From assembly GCF_964213995.1 (NCBI RefSeq), contig NW_027590136.1, forward strand, positions 992,001 to 1,056,000: a DNA stretch of 64,000 nucleotides, written 5' to 3'. The position numbers and the translations under genes were made by a program. Numbering within the stretch: position 1 is the stretch's first letter; every line of letters starts with the position of its first letter. Shown in pieces: positions 37,577 to 49,891 of this stretch. The notes beneath the pieces were generated by a model. That model was not told where the DNA came from and made no database searches. It saw only the letters and a program-made list of their open reading frames with translations. Source of the stretch: Mustelus asterias (taxonomy: Eukaryota).

Positions 37577-38251
37577 ATGGAGAAACCATGGAAATGTGTG
37601 GACTGTGGGAAGGGATACAGAGCGCCATCTCAGCTGGAAGCTCATCGGCGCAGCCACACTGGGGAGAGACCATTCACCTGCTCTCTGTGTGGGAAGGGAT
37701 TCGCTTGTTCATCCGACCTGCAGAGACACCAGCGTGTTCACACTGGGCAGAAACCATTCACCTGCTCTCAATGTGGGAAGGGATTCACTCAGTCATCCCA
37801 CCTGCAGAGACACCAGCGAGATCACACTGGAGAGAGGCCGTTCACCTGCTCTCAGTGTGGGAAGGGATTCACTCGGTTATCCCACCTGCAGACACACCAG
37901 CGAGTTCACACTGGGGAGAGGTCGTTCACCTGCTCTCAGTGTGGGGAGGGATTCACTCAGTTATCCATCTTGCTGACACACCAGCGAGTTCACACTGGGG
38001 AGAGGCCGTTCACCTGCTCTCAGTGTGGGAAGGGATTCATTCAGTTATCCAACCTGAGGAGACATCAGCGAGTTCACACTGGGGAGAAACCATTCACCTG
38101 TTCTCAGTGTGGAAAGGGATTCACTCGGTCATCCAACCTGCAGACACACCAGCAAGTTCACACTGGGGAGAGGCCATTCACCTGCCCTCACTGTGGGACG
38201 GGTTTCAGTGTTTCATCCCGGCTGCTGAGACACCAGCAAGTTCACGAGTGA
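37577..38251 (+). CDS. C2H2 zinc-finger protein (ZNF-C), 8 fingers
   Basis: MEKPWKC start in ACCATGG Kozak context; 8 intact fingers; ends LRHQQVHE*. Confidence 0.88.
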   Translation: MEKPWKCVDCGKGYRAPSQLEAHRRSHTGERPFTCSLCGKGFACSSDLQRHQRVHTGQKPFTCSQCGKGFTQSSHLQRHQRDHTGERPFTCSQCGKGFTRLSHLQTHQRVHTGERSFTCSQCGEGFTQLSILLTHQRVHTGERPFTCSQCGKGFIQLSNLRRHQRVHTGEKPFTCSQCGKGFTRSSNLQTHQQVHTGERPFTCPHCGTGFSVSSRLLRHQQVHE

Positions 38252-38479
38252 TTCCAGGGGTTGGATTCTGCTGTCATTGTTTCTGCTGTCAGTTGCATCC
38301 AGGACTGCATTTTGTTCATTCTCACAGTTGGTCAATGGGAAGGGTCAGAGGGTTTCTTTGTGCTGGACTCAGCCTACAGTGGGCTGATGCTCTTTGAGTC
38401 TTTTTGCAAATACCTGGTTTCAAATGTCACAAAGATCACAGAGTGACAGGGTGTTAGGAAGTTTCGAGATATTTAGTCA

Positions 38480-39390
38480 GAAGAAAACAGAGGTTGGCAG
38501 TGCAAAGGTACATTTCTGAATGGAGGGCTGTGACAAGTGACATTCCTCAGGGATCAGTGCTGGGACTTTTGCTGTTTGTAATATATATAAATGATTTGGA
38601 GGAAAATGTAACTGGTTTGATTGGTAAGTTTGTGGACGACACAAAGGTTGGTGGAATTGCGGAAAGCGATGGGGACTGGCAGAGGATACAGCAGGATATA
38701 GATCAGTTGGAGACTTGGGCGGAGAGATGGCAGATGAAGTTTAATTCAGACAAATGTGAGGTAATGCATTTTGGAAGGTCTAATACAGATGGGAAATATA
38801 CAGTAAATGGCAGAACCCTTAAGAGTATTGATAGGCAGAGGGATCTGGGTGTACAGGTACACAGGTCATTGAAAGTGGCAATGCAGGTGGAGAAGATAAT
38901 CAAGAAGGCATACGGCATGCTTGCCTTCATCAGCCGGGGCATTGAGTTTAAAAATTGGCAAGTCATGTTGCAGCTTTATAGAACCTTAGTTAGACTGCAC
39001 TTGGAATCTCGTGTTCAATTCTGGTCACCACACTACCAGAAGGATGTGGAGGCTTTGGAGAGGGTACGGAAAATATTTATCAGGATATTGCCTGGTGTGG
39101 AGGGCATTAGCTATGAGGAGAGGTTGGAGAAACTTGGTTTGTTCTCACTGGAGCGACGGAGGTTGAGGGGGGGGGCGACCTGATAGAAGTCTACAAGATT
39201 ATGAAGGGCATGGACAGAGTGGATAATCAGAAGCTTTTTCCCAGGGTGGAAGAGTCAATTACTGGGGGCATAGGTTCAAGGTGTGAGGGGTGCCCCTTGC
39301 ACCTTGAACCTATGCCCCCCTAGTCATTGACTCTTCAACCCTAGGAACAAGCATCTGACTATCCACTCTGTCCATGCCCCTCATAATCTT
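38480..39390 (+). mobile_element. CR1 RT fragment downstream of ZNF-C; duplicated in inverted form at ~46200-47285
   Basis: SDIPQGSVLG, FVDDTK; shares the diagnostic changes LESRVQF and RKIFIR with the right-arm copy. Confidence 0.88.
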
Positions 39391-39884
39391 GTGGACTTCT
39401 ACCTTATCTAAACCTGTCAGAATCTTGTCCACCTCTATCAAATCTCCCCTCAACCTCCTTTGCTCCAAGGGGAACAACCCCAGCCTGACATTGACAATAA
39501 AGAACAAACTAACAGAAAATGTTACTGTCTGACATCAAATAGGAATGTTTAATTTCTGTTTTAAAGATATTGTGAATATATTGTCCTGGACAATAAAGGA
39601 ATTGGAATAACTCACCTTGGGTGTGGTTGAATGGAATATATCAATCTGGAATCCACCTACAGTCTAGTGAAAGTCTGGAATATGTAGCTGGAAATCCCTC
39701 CCTAACAGAACTGTGGGTGTACTTACACCTCAGGCATTGCAGCAGTTCAAGAAGGCACCCTTGGGGTTGGGTTTGACCATGGCCAAGGCAGCTACATACA
39801 GCCACATATTCTGTTATAATTGAAGGACTGCAGATTGAATGTGAAGCATTGTGGGACTGGACTATCTTGACCACATTCCTGAGA

Positions 39885-41275
39885 CTGCCCGGAAACAAGT
39901 GCCTATTTTACTTTATAATTGAGGTTTTCTGGGAATAAGTTAAATGCGGAAATATTAAGCATAGCCAGGAGGAATTTGGAATAACTGAGAATTTTATCCC
40001 CAGATAAAGAACAAAGATTTTGCTGGTGTTTGGGTGTAACGTGTTTGGGATTTTAAATCAACAAAGATGTTGCCTCTAACATCAGTCTTTGTAAGTTGGC
40101 TTAAAAAAGGTTCAGTTATAATGACGGATCTTGGATCTTATTTTAATCAAGGAGTTGTGAGCTTGTAGTGCTCTGTCGCTTTAAGAAGCTATAGCTGCGA
40201 GAGAGAATGCTGAGGATTCATTGTTTGAAATTTACGAGCTGTGAGAATCTGTGTGTTTTGTTTGTTTTATGTGGATGTTTGTAGATATGTTTTATCATTG
40301 TTTTGGGCTACATTTGTTTAGGTTTATCTTTCTGGAGAATTAACCTTACCTTGAGTCTTTAAAGGCATTTTTGGAAGTTTAAAAACAGGATCACAAGAAC
40401 GCTTAAGGAATTCATTTTGGTTATTGTTGTTGTAAATCACATGCTAAGTTTCTCTGTTTGTGTGTGGATGATATTTGTGGGTTGAACGCTTCAAGCTTTG
40501 AGGTTTTTTGTCTGTGATTTAAATCAAACAGATTTTTAAAAAAGGAAGTGTGATTAATAAAACTTTTTTTGTTCAGAAGTTATGAACCTGGAGCCATATG
40601 TACTGACCAGAGACAGGATTCCAGGATAGTTTACTAAACATGTGGGAATTTTAATCCGGATACAATTCACCCATGTGAGAATGAGAGTTTTAATTTGTAA
40701 TGGTTATTTAAAATTTGACACATGTGAAATGATTCTGACCAATCCTGTGTTGGATTGATCTTGGGTTAAACTTCCCGTCAGGTCCAAAGATTTATTCCTG
40801 ACGCAAGTAACACAATGAAAAGGAAAATTTTGGAATTGGATACTGAAGAAAAGAGTTTAAAAAGAGAGAGTATTAAATAGAAATGTTCCCAGACCATGTG
40901 GTCATTCGATTAAAACAAAGGAAGAGTGCTGACGTCCATTTGAGAACTTTTAATCCACCCCATTTCTAACTAAGGGAGTCTATGGACAAAGAAAGCCCAA
41001 GAAAGACCCCCCCCAAGGGGGGTCTGGAAAGCATCATGATGGGGGCACCTGTCCATGAGATGATCACAAAGCCCCATAATGCCCAGATACTAATTTTATT
41101 GAACCTATAATGTATGTAATCTATCACCATTCTGATTGGATTGTGTCCAGCCGGGATGGGCTGAGTAACTGGATACGAATTGATGATATTCTTTGTTGGG
41201 TGGAGTTACACATGGTCAGCCCCTGTGGCTTCTCCCCGCTGGCGTAACTCAATAAACTGTTTGTCAATTGAATCA
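39885..41275 (+). mobile_element. LTR-element 3' remnant: AT-rich internal region, purine-rich tract and probable LTR 40884-41275
   Basis: Purine-rich run at ~40845-40883, then TGTTCCC...AATAAA...AATCA; the internal part is repeated at 345-1328. Confidence 0.55.
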
Positions 41276-41289
41276 GGCACAACACACTG

Positions 41290-42185
41290 GGTACATTACC
41301 ACTTCATCCTTGGGAGTGGCCTGATAGGCCGTGGTCCAGACTAAATGTGGCCTTTGGGGGGGCCTTTCATGAATCACATGTGTTTGGTCGTTGTAAATGT
41401 GCATTCAAAATGGTTGGAAGCACAGATCATGAGTAATATTCCAGCTCCTGTGACAATAGAGAAGCTCTGTCAAATTTTCACAAGCCCTGGGTTACCAGAT
41501 TGGCTTGTTTCAGATAACGACACTCTGTTTACAAGTGAGGTGTTTCAGGAATTCCTGTAAAGGAATGGTCTACGCTGTGTGCGTACTGCACGGTAGCACA
41601 GTGGTTAGCACTGCTGCTTCACAGCTCCAGGGACCTGGGTTCGATTCCTGGCTTGGGTCACTGTCTGTGTGGAGTTTGCACATTCTCCTTGTGTCTGCGT
41701 GGGTTTCCTCCGGGTGCTCCGGTTTCCTCCCACAGTCCAAAGATGTGCGGGCTAGGTTGATTGGCCATGCTAAAAATTGCCCTTAGTGTCCTGAGATGCA
41801 TAGGTGAGAGGGATTAGTTGGGTAAATATAGAGGGATATGGGGGTAGGGCCTGGGTGGGATTGTGGTCGGTGCAGACTCGATGGGCCGAATGGCCTCTTT
41901 CTGTACTGTCGGGTTTCTATTTCAACCACAAAGCTCCTGACAGACTTCCGTATTGTTAAAGACATTACTTTGTTGTATTTCTGTCCTGATGGGGGATTGA
42001 AATTTAGGGGGAGAAGTGTTACAGAGTGTTCTTCTCAACCTCTCTCCCTTTTGAGCACGTGCGGGCTTTGGGCGGGCTTTCAGTCTGCAAGTCCAGGCTG
42101 GTTCCAATGCTCCTGTTTCCTTTTGTTTACCAATGATTTTTAAACTTTGTTATTTATTTATATAAATAACATTCTGCTTTTAACA
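41290..42185 (+). mobile_element. Gypsy-type retrotransposon remnant: integrase core 41290-41590, PPT and short 3' LTR ~42017-42185; interrupted by a SINE at 41588-41925
   Basis: PLHPWEWPDRPWSRL..GPFM..LVVV..HSKWLE..GLPD.LVSDN..FTS..FQEFL; TTAGGGGGAGAAG followed by TGTTAC...TTAACA. Confidence 0.75.
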
Positions 42186-42340
42186 ATGCATTTGACTACC
42201 TTATTTGTGGACTGAAGTTCCCAAATTGTAAAGCAGGAGATTAGTTAAATGGACAGCCTGAATTGAGAGACAATTAAAGAATAAATGATTCATTAATACA
42301 GATGTTAGAAAGGCGAGAATGTAAATTTGAACACAAAAGC

Positions 42341-42877
42341 GTGGCGCTGTGGCACACTGGTTAGCTCTGCTGCCTCAGCGCCAGGGACCTGGGTTTGATT
42401 CCCGGCTTGGGAGACTCTGTGGACTTTGCATGTTGTTCCCGTGTCTGCCTGGTTTTCTTCCGGGTGCTCTGGTTTCCTCCCACAGTCCGAAAGATGTGCT
42501 GGTCAGGTGCATTGACCATGCTAAATTCTCCGTCAGTGTACCCGAACAGATGCCAGAGTGCGGTGACTCGGGGATTTTCCCAGGAACTTCATTTATTCGT
42601 GTCACAAGTCGGCTTACGTTAACATTGCAATGAAGTTACTGTGAAAATCCCCGAGTCACCACACTCAGGCGCCTGTTCGGGTACACGGAGGGAGAATTTA
42701 GCATGGCCAATGCACCTAACCAGCATGTCTTTCGGGCTGTGGGAGGAAAGCGGAGCACCCGGACGGAACCCACGCAGACACGGGGAGAATGTGCAGACTC
42801 TGCAGACTGTGACCCAAGCCGGGAGTCGAACCCAGGTCCCGGCGCTGTGAGGCAGCAGTGCTAACCACTGTGCCCCA
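42341..42877. mobile_element. Two same-subfamily V-SINEs tail-to-tail (inverted pair)
   Basis: 42341-~42590 (+) is the reverse complement of ~42640-42877 (-). Confidence 0.85.
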
Positions 42878-43459
42878 CAGAGAGGTGTTGGGAGCTGTTG
42901 ATTTTACAAGTTATCCATGTTTTCGGAGCCATCACTTCATGTCCTGGTCTGAGAAGGATGGAGAAAGTCTGTTCATAAGATATAGGAGCAGAAATAGACC
43001 AGTCGGCCCATCGAGTCTGCTCCGTCATTCGATCATGGCTGATATGCTCCTCATCCCCATGTTCCTGCTTCTCCCGATAACATTTCATAAGTTCATATGT
43101 TCAATTGTTAAAGCTAAAGTTTCTCCTTTTACTGTTAATCGATACTTTCCTTTTTTATCTTTGACTTATTACATTTCTAATGGTTAATAAACTTACTGAA
43201 TCACCGTTTAAAGTATTCTTTCTAGCCACATGGTTAAGTCACTGGAACCTGGTGTGATTTACAGTTATGGAGTTATTGTAAACAAGAGAACCTCATAAAT
43301 CTTAGTTCAAATAAATCAAAGTTCTCACAAATGGAATGCTGTCCTTTATTCTGAGAGAAATTGAACACAGAAGTAGATATTATGCTTCAGTTATACAGGG
43401 CGTTGCTGAAACTGCATCTTGAACACCGGGTGCAGTTTTTGTCTCCAATTAAACAAAGG

Positions 43460-43792
43460 ATCGTAGAATCCCTGCAGTACAGACAGAGGCCATTCTGCCC
43501 ATTGAGTCTGTACCAAACAGCATCCCACCCAGGCCCTATTCCCATAACCCCACACATTTACCCTGCTAATCCCCCTCACACAAGGGTCAATTTTAGCATA
43601 GCCAATCAACCTAACCCGCACATCTTTGGACTGTGGGAGGAAACAGGAGCACCCGCAGGAAACCCACGCAGACACGGGGAGAATGTCCAAACTCCACACA
43701 GATAGTGAATCGGACCAGGGACCCAGGAATTGAACCTGGGTCCCTGGCGTTGTGAGGCAGCAGTGCTAACCACTGTGCCACCGTGCTGCCCC
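43460..43792 (-). mobile_element. V-SINE inserted in an old CR1 fragment
   Basis: GGGCAGCACGGTGGCACAGTGG head and V-core on the minus strand. Confidence 0.85.
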
Positions 43793-44201
43793 ATTTTATA
43801 AATACCATGGAAGCAGTTCAGAGGAGGTTTACTAGATTGACTCCCATCCAGTAGTGTGAAATGTTAACTCTGTTTCTCTCTCCACAGATGCTGCCAGAGC
43901 TGCTGCGTTTTTCCAGTTCTTTCTGTATTTATTTTAGATCTACCTGTAGTGGGGGGAAAAACACTATTTACTATCAAGGATAAAATAAATGTCCTTCATC
44001 AGCTTTCGTGGATCATTTCAGTGGAAATGTGCTCTCCCAGGCTCAAAGAGCATCAGTCCACTGGAAGCAAAGTTGTGCGACCGGCCAGTCCAGCAGAAAG
44101 AAACCCTCCGACCCTCCCACTTCACCTACTGTCAGAATGAACATGGTTCAGTCCTGGATGTGATTAACAGCAGCAATAACAGCAGAATCCAACTCCTGTC
44201 A

Positions 44202-45035
44202 TCACTTGTGAACTCGTTGGTGTCTGGATGACTGAGTGAATCCCTTCCCACACACACAGCAGGTGAACGGTCTCTCCCCAGTGTGAACTCGCTGGTGTTC
44301 CTGCAGGTTGGATGACGTTCTAAATCTCTTTGTGCAGTGAGAGCAGCTGAACGGTCTCTCCTCAGTGTGAATGCGCTGGTGGATCATCAGATCCCCAGAA
44401 CGTTTGAAACTACTTCCACAGTCAGAGCATTTAAAGGGTCTCTCCTGGGTGTGAGTGAGATTGTGACTCAGCAGGCTGGATGAATGAGTGAATCCCTTCC
44501 CACACACACAGCAGGTGAACGGTCTCTCCCTGGTGTGAATTTGCTGGTGCTCCCGCAGGTGAGATAACGTTCTAAATGTCTTTGTGCAGTGAGAGCAGCT
44601 GAACGGTCTCTCCTCAGTGTGAATGCGCTGGTGGATCATCAGTTCCCGAGAGCTTTTGAAACCACTTCCACAGTCAGAGCATTTAAAGGGTTTCTCATTG
44701 CTGTGAGTGACTTTGTGTTTCGACAGGTTGGATAACTGCATAAATCCTTTCCCACACACCAAGCAGATGAATGGTCTCTCTCCAGTGTGAACGCGCTGGT
44801 GTCTCTGCAGATTGGGTAAATGAGTGAATCCGTTCCCACACTCAAAGCAGATGAACGCTCTTTCTCCAGTGTGAACCAGTCGATGTCGCTGCAGATGATA
44901 TAACCGAGTGAATCCCTTCCCACACACAGAACAGGTGTACGGCTTCTCTCCAGTGTGAATACGTCGATGGGTTTGCAGCTCAGAGGGGGTTTTGCAACCC
45001 TTCCCACAGTCCCCACATTTCCACGGTTTCTCCAT
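44202..45035 (-). CDS. C2H2 zinc-finger protein (ZNF-D), 9 intact fingers plus 1 shortened
   Basis: MEKPWKC start; TGEKP/TEERP linkers; upstream mini-exon 45635-45587 (MDLSISLNQHLQENWE) and acceptor at 45420. Confidence 0.88.
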   Translation of the reverse strand: MEKPWKCGDCGKGCKTPSELQTHRRIHTGEKPYTCSVCGKGFTRLYHLQRHRLVHTGERAFICFECGNGFTHLPNLQRHQRVHTGERPFICLVCGKGFMQLSNLSKHKVTHSNEKPFKCSDCGSGFKSSRELMIHQRIHTEERPFSCSHCTKTFRTLSHLREHQQIHTRERPFTCCVCGKGFTHSSSLLSHNLTHTQERPFKCSDCGSSFKRSGDLMIHQRIHTEERPFSCSHCTKRFRTSSNLQEHQRVHTGERPFTCCVCGKGFTQSSRHQRVHK

Positions 45036-45189
45036 GTTGCAGGTGTCCTTGTGTTGCTCCAGGTTTGACCAGCAGTTGAAGTCTCACACAGAACAAGATT
45101 ATAGTGCCCTGCTGTGATGGTGCAATATTGTTTACGGCTGTGTAACTGGGAGGCTCTTTCCACAGTCAATCCACGGGAAAATCTCAGTT

Positions 45190-45192
<3 letters not shown>

Positions 45193-45235
<43 letters not shown>
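45193..45235. repeat. (TG)n microsatellite
   Basis: About 21 perfect TG units. Confidence 0.95.
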
Positions 45236-45236
<1 letters not shown>

Positions 45237-47523
45237 AGTCCTGTTCCAGTCACACTGATGTTTAAAGACTGCTAAAGCAGGCAGAACAGAGAAACATTTC
45301 TCCTTCTGGGTTCAAAGGCCGATAGCATTCAGGTCCCGATGAATTGAGTGAGTTTGTCAGATGTTGACGTGATGTTTGATTCGAGATTTCTGTCTGTAAA
45401 ATCCTCACCTTCTGATATCCTGTAAAAGGAGTTAACAAAATTCATCATTTCAATACAGGATAGAAATTCAGAACAGACAATTCTCGTTTCTATGGAACAT
45501 TCTTTCCTCTCTGATTCCCCAAAAGCTGTAAATCTCCATCCCACACACTCTCCCTCCATTCTCCCTCTGCTGTATCTAATATTCACCCTCCCAATTCTCC
45601 TGAAGGTGCTGATTGAGGCTGATTGACAGATCCATGCTCACTGCTTCCTGTCCTGGACACACACAGCTGAAAATCTCAATGCAGGCTGCCAGACAGATAA
45701 ATGTCCATATGACTGGACTAAAACTGTGTGGAATGTATGCACTGGATTCACTTCCTTTCCCTTCAGTTGCTGCAAGTCCCCAATTTCCAGCAGAATGAGA
45801 AAAGAAATGGAAAGGGGGAACATATTCTGTTAGTTTGTTCTTTATTGTCGATGTCAGGCTGGGGTTGTTTTCCTTGGAGCAAAGGAGGTTGAGGGGAGAT
45901 TTGATAGAGGTGGACAAGATTCTGACAGGTTTAGATAAAGTGGACAAAGAAAAGCTGTTCCCATTAGCTGATGGGACAAGGACGAGGGGGGACACAGATT
46001 TCTTGTTTTGGGTCAGAGATGCAAGGGGAGGAGTGGGGGTGGGGTGGGGGGGGGGGGGGGATAGATGTGAGGAAGAATATTCTGATGCAGCGAATGGTAA
46101 TGACCTGAAACTCGCTGCCTACGAGGGTGGAGGAAGTGGAGACAATAAACAATTAAAAAGGAAATTGGATGGGCATTTGGGATGTTCCAAACAGAACGAA
46201 GAACAAAGAGAATTACAACACAGAAACAAGTCCTTTGGCCCTCCAAGCCTGCAGCAACCATGCTGCCCGTCTGAACTAAAACCCCCGACCTTTCCGGGGA
46301 CCATATCCCTCTATTCCTATGCTATTCATATATTTGTCAAGACACATCTTAAAAGTCACTATCGTATCTGCTTCCACTACCTTCCCCGGCAACGAGTTCC
46401 AGGCACCCACCACCCTCTGTGTAAAAAAACCTGCCTTGTACATCTCCTTTAAACCTTGCCCCTCGCTCCTTAAACCTTGCCCCTTGCACCTTAAACCTAT
46501 GCCCCTCATAATTGACTCTTCCACCCTGGGAAAAAGCTTCTGATTATCCACTCTGTCCATGCCCCTCATAATCTTGTAGACTTCTATCAGGTCGCCCCCC
46601 CCTCAACCTCCGTCACTCCAGTGAGAACAAACCAAGTTTCTCCAACCTCTCCTCATAGCTAATGCCCTCCACACCAGGCAACATCCTGATAAATATTTTC
46701 CGTACCCTCTCCAAAGCCTCCACATCCTTCTGGTAGTGTGGTGACCGGAATTGAACACGAGATTCCAAGTGCGGCCTAACTAAGGTTCCATAAAGCTGCA
46801 ACCTGACTTGCCAATTTTTAAACTCAATGCCCCGGCCGATGAAGGCAAGCATGCCGTATGCCTTCTTGATTATCTTCTCCATCTTCATTGCCACTTTCAA
46901 TGGACCTGTGTACCTGTACACCCAGATCCCTCTGCCTATGAATACTCTTAAGGGTTCTGCCGATAACTGTATATTTCCCATCTGTATTAGACCTTCCAAA
47001 ATGCATTACCTCACATTTGTCTGAATTAAACTCCATCTGCCATCTCTCTGCCCAAGTCTCCAACTGATCTATATCCTGCTGTATCCTCTGCCGGTCCCCA
47101 TCGCTATCCACAATTCCACCAATCTTTGTGTCGTCCACAAACTTACCAATCAAACCAGTTACATTTTCCTCCAAATCATTTATATATATTACAAACAGCA
47201 AAAGTCCCAGCACTGATCCCTGAGGAATGTCACTTGTCACAGCCCTCCATTCAGAAATGTACCTTTGCAATGCCAACCTCTGTTTTCCTCTAAATATCTC
47301 TAAACTTCCTCACACCCTGTCACTCTGTGATCCTTGTCACATTTGAAACCAGGTATTCGCAAAAAGACTCAAAGAGCATCAGCCCACTGGAGGCTGAGAC
47401 CAGCCAGTCCAGCACAAAGAAACCCTCTGACCCTTCCCATTGACCAACTGTGAGAATGAACAAAATACAGTCCTGGATGCAACTGAGAGCAGAAACAATA
47501 ACAGCAGAATCCAACCCCTGGAA

Positions 47524-48114
47524 TCACTTGTGAACTTGCTGGTGTCTCAGCAGCCGGGATGAAACGCTGAAACCCTTCCCACACTGAGAGCAGGTGTATG
47601 GCCTCTCCCCAGTGTGAACTCGCTGGTCTGCCTGCAGCTCGGATGGCTGAGTGAATCCCTTCCCACGCTGAGAGCAAGTGAACGGCCTCTCCCCAGTGTG
47701 AATTCGCTGGTGTGCCCGCAGGGTGGATAACTGAGTGAATCCCTTCCCACACTGAGGGCAGGTGTATGGCCTCTCCCCAGTGTAAACTCGCTGGTGTGTC
47801 TGCAGGCTGGATGACCGAGTGAATCCCTTCCCACACTGAGAGCAGGTGAACGGCCTCTCCCCAGTGTGAACTCGCTGGTGTGACTGCAGGTGGGATGACT
47901 GAGTGAATCCCTTCCCACATTGAGAGCAGGTGAATGGTCTCTCCCCAGTGTGAACTCGTTGGTGAATCCGTAAGCTGGAGAACTGATTAAATCCCATCTC
48001 ACACCGAGAGCAGATGAACACCTTCTCCCCAGTGTGGCTGCGCCGATGAGCTTCCAGCAGACATGGGGCTCTGTATCCCTTCCCACAGTCCGCACATTTC
48101 CATGGTTTCTCCAT
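47524..48114 (-). CDS. C2H2 zinc-finger protein (ZNF-E), 7 finger units, 2 with a mutated Zn ligand; close paralog of ZNF-C
   Basis: MEKPWKC start; flanks closely match those of ZNF-C; H->Y in finger 4 and C->R in finger 6. Confidence 0.8.
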   Translation of the reverse strand: MEKPWKCADCGKGYRAPCLLEAHRRSHTGEKVFICSRCEMGFNQFSSLRIHQRVHTGERPFTCSQCGKGFTQSSHLQSHQRVHTGERPFTCSQCGKGFTRSSSLQTHQRVYTGERPYTCPQCGKGFTQLSTLRAHQRIHTGERPFTCSQRGKGFTQPSELQADQRVHTGERPYTCSQCGKGFSVSSRLLRHQQVHK

Positions 48115-49891
48115 GGTGCAGGTGTCTTTGCCTCTCTCTTGGGTGGACAATTAGTTGAAACTTCGTCCACACACAGAACAAGATTACAGTCTCTACCCGC
48201 TGTGAATGTTGTGATATTTGTTCAGACTGTGTAACTGGTTAAAGCTCTTTAGTCAGTGCATTGGAACACTCTCACTCGAGTGTGGCAGTGTGTTGATGCT
48301 TTTTCACTCACACTGACATTTCAAATCTTTTCAAATTGACAGACTGGACAATCATTTCTCCTTCTGGATTCAAAGTCCGATGATATTGAAGTCCCAAGGA
48401 ATATGACTGTCACGTCTAGACGTGACGTTTGAGATTTCGGCCTGTGATTCCTCTTTCAATATCCTGTAAAATGAGTTTACAAAAGTCATCAGTGTCAGTC
48501 CAGGATAGAAATTCAGAACAGACAATTTCTATGGAACATTCTTTCCTCTCTCATTCCCCAAAAGCTGGAAATCTCCATCCCACACACTCTCTCCCCATTC
48601 TCAGCAGGTCTGGCAGCATCTGTATGAAGAGAAAAGAACTGATGTTTCAGAGCTTTGACAAAGGGTCATCGAGACAAGAAACATCAGCTCTTTTCTCTCC
48701 TTACAGATGCTGCCAGACCTGCTGAGATTTTCCAGCATTTTCTCTCTTGGTTTCAGATTCCAGCATCCGCAGTAATTTGCTTTTATAAGGCTGCAGATAC
48801 CTCCTCCCAAGTAACATGCGTGTGCCCAAGACATCACCACTTGTTTCCCTTATTTCTTTAGCACCCATGGTGCTCTCCGCAGTAAACACAGAGGAGAAGT
48901 ATTCATTAAAAATCTCACCCATCTCCTGTGGCTCCACACACAGATGGCCATACTGATTTTTAAGGGGATCTATTCTCTCTCTAGCCACCCTTTTACTCTT
49001 AATATAGCTATAGAACCTCTTGGAATTTTCTTTAATCTTACCTGCCAGATCCATATCATACCCTCTTTTTGTCCTCCTGATTTCCCTCCTCAGTATTTTC
49101 TTACACTTTTTATCAGAGTGATTCACTTGTCCCCGATTGCCTAAACCCAATGTCTGCTTCCTTCTTTTACCTGACCAGAGCCTCAATGTCCCTTGTCTGC
49201 CAGAGATCCCTAAATTTACCATTCTTTCCCTGCATCTTAACAGGAATATACTGCCCCTGGATTCTTGATATCACACTTTTAAAACCTCCCAATTGCCAGT
49301 CATTCCTTTCCCTTCAAACAAAACTCACCTAATCGACATCTGCTAGATCCTGCCTAATGCCCACAAAAGTGGCCCTGCTCCAGTTTAGGGCCTTGACCTG
49401 TGGACCTGTCCTATCTTTTTCCAGAACTATTTTGAAACTATTGGTGCTCCCAATAGTGCTCCCTGACTGACATTTCAGTCACTTGCTCCACCTCATTTCT
49501 TGACTGTCTAATAGAAAGTGAGTCCAGGAATTGATAATGAAAAATAAGGAGCTGGGAGATGAATTGAACAAGTATTTTGCCTCGGTGTTCACAATAGAGG
49601 ATACAGTCAAAACTCAGAAACAGCTGGAAATCAGAAAACAGAAGTGTGGGATGAACTCTGAAAAAGCACAATTCCCAGGGAAGTGGTCCTCAGCAAACTG
49701 TTGGAGCTGTGGGCTGATGAGTCCTCGGGTCCTGCTGGGCTCCATTCTCGGGTCTTAACAGAGTGAGATAGTTGATGTGTTGTTCAATTTTCTAAAATTC
49801 CCCATCGGGAATTGGATAAAGGGAAACCGGTGGATGCGCTGTACTTAGATTTCCAGAAGACATTTGATGAGGTGCCACATCAAAGGTGATT

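Noticed and set aside
37521-38397. Long alternative-frame ORFs over the ZNF arrays
   Set aside because: Expected shadow frames of repetitive C2H2 coding sequence.
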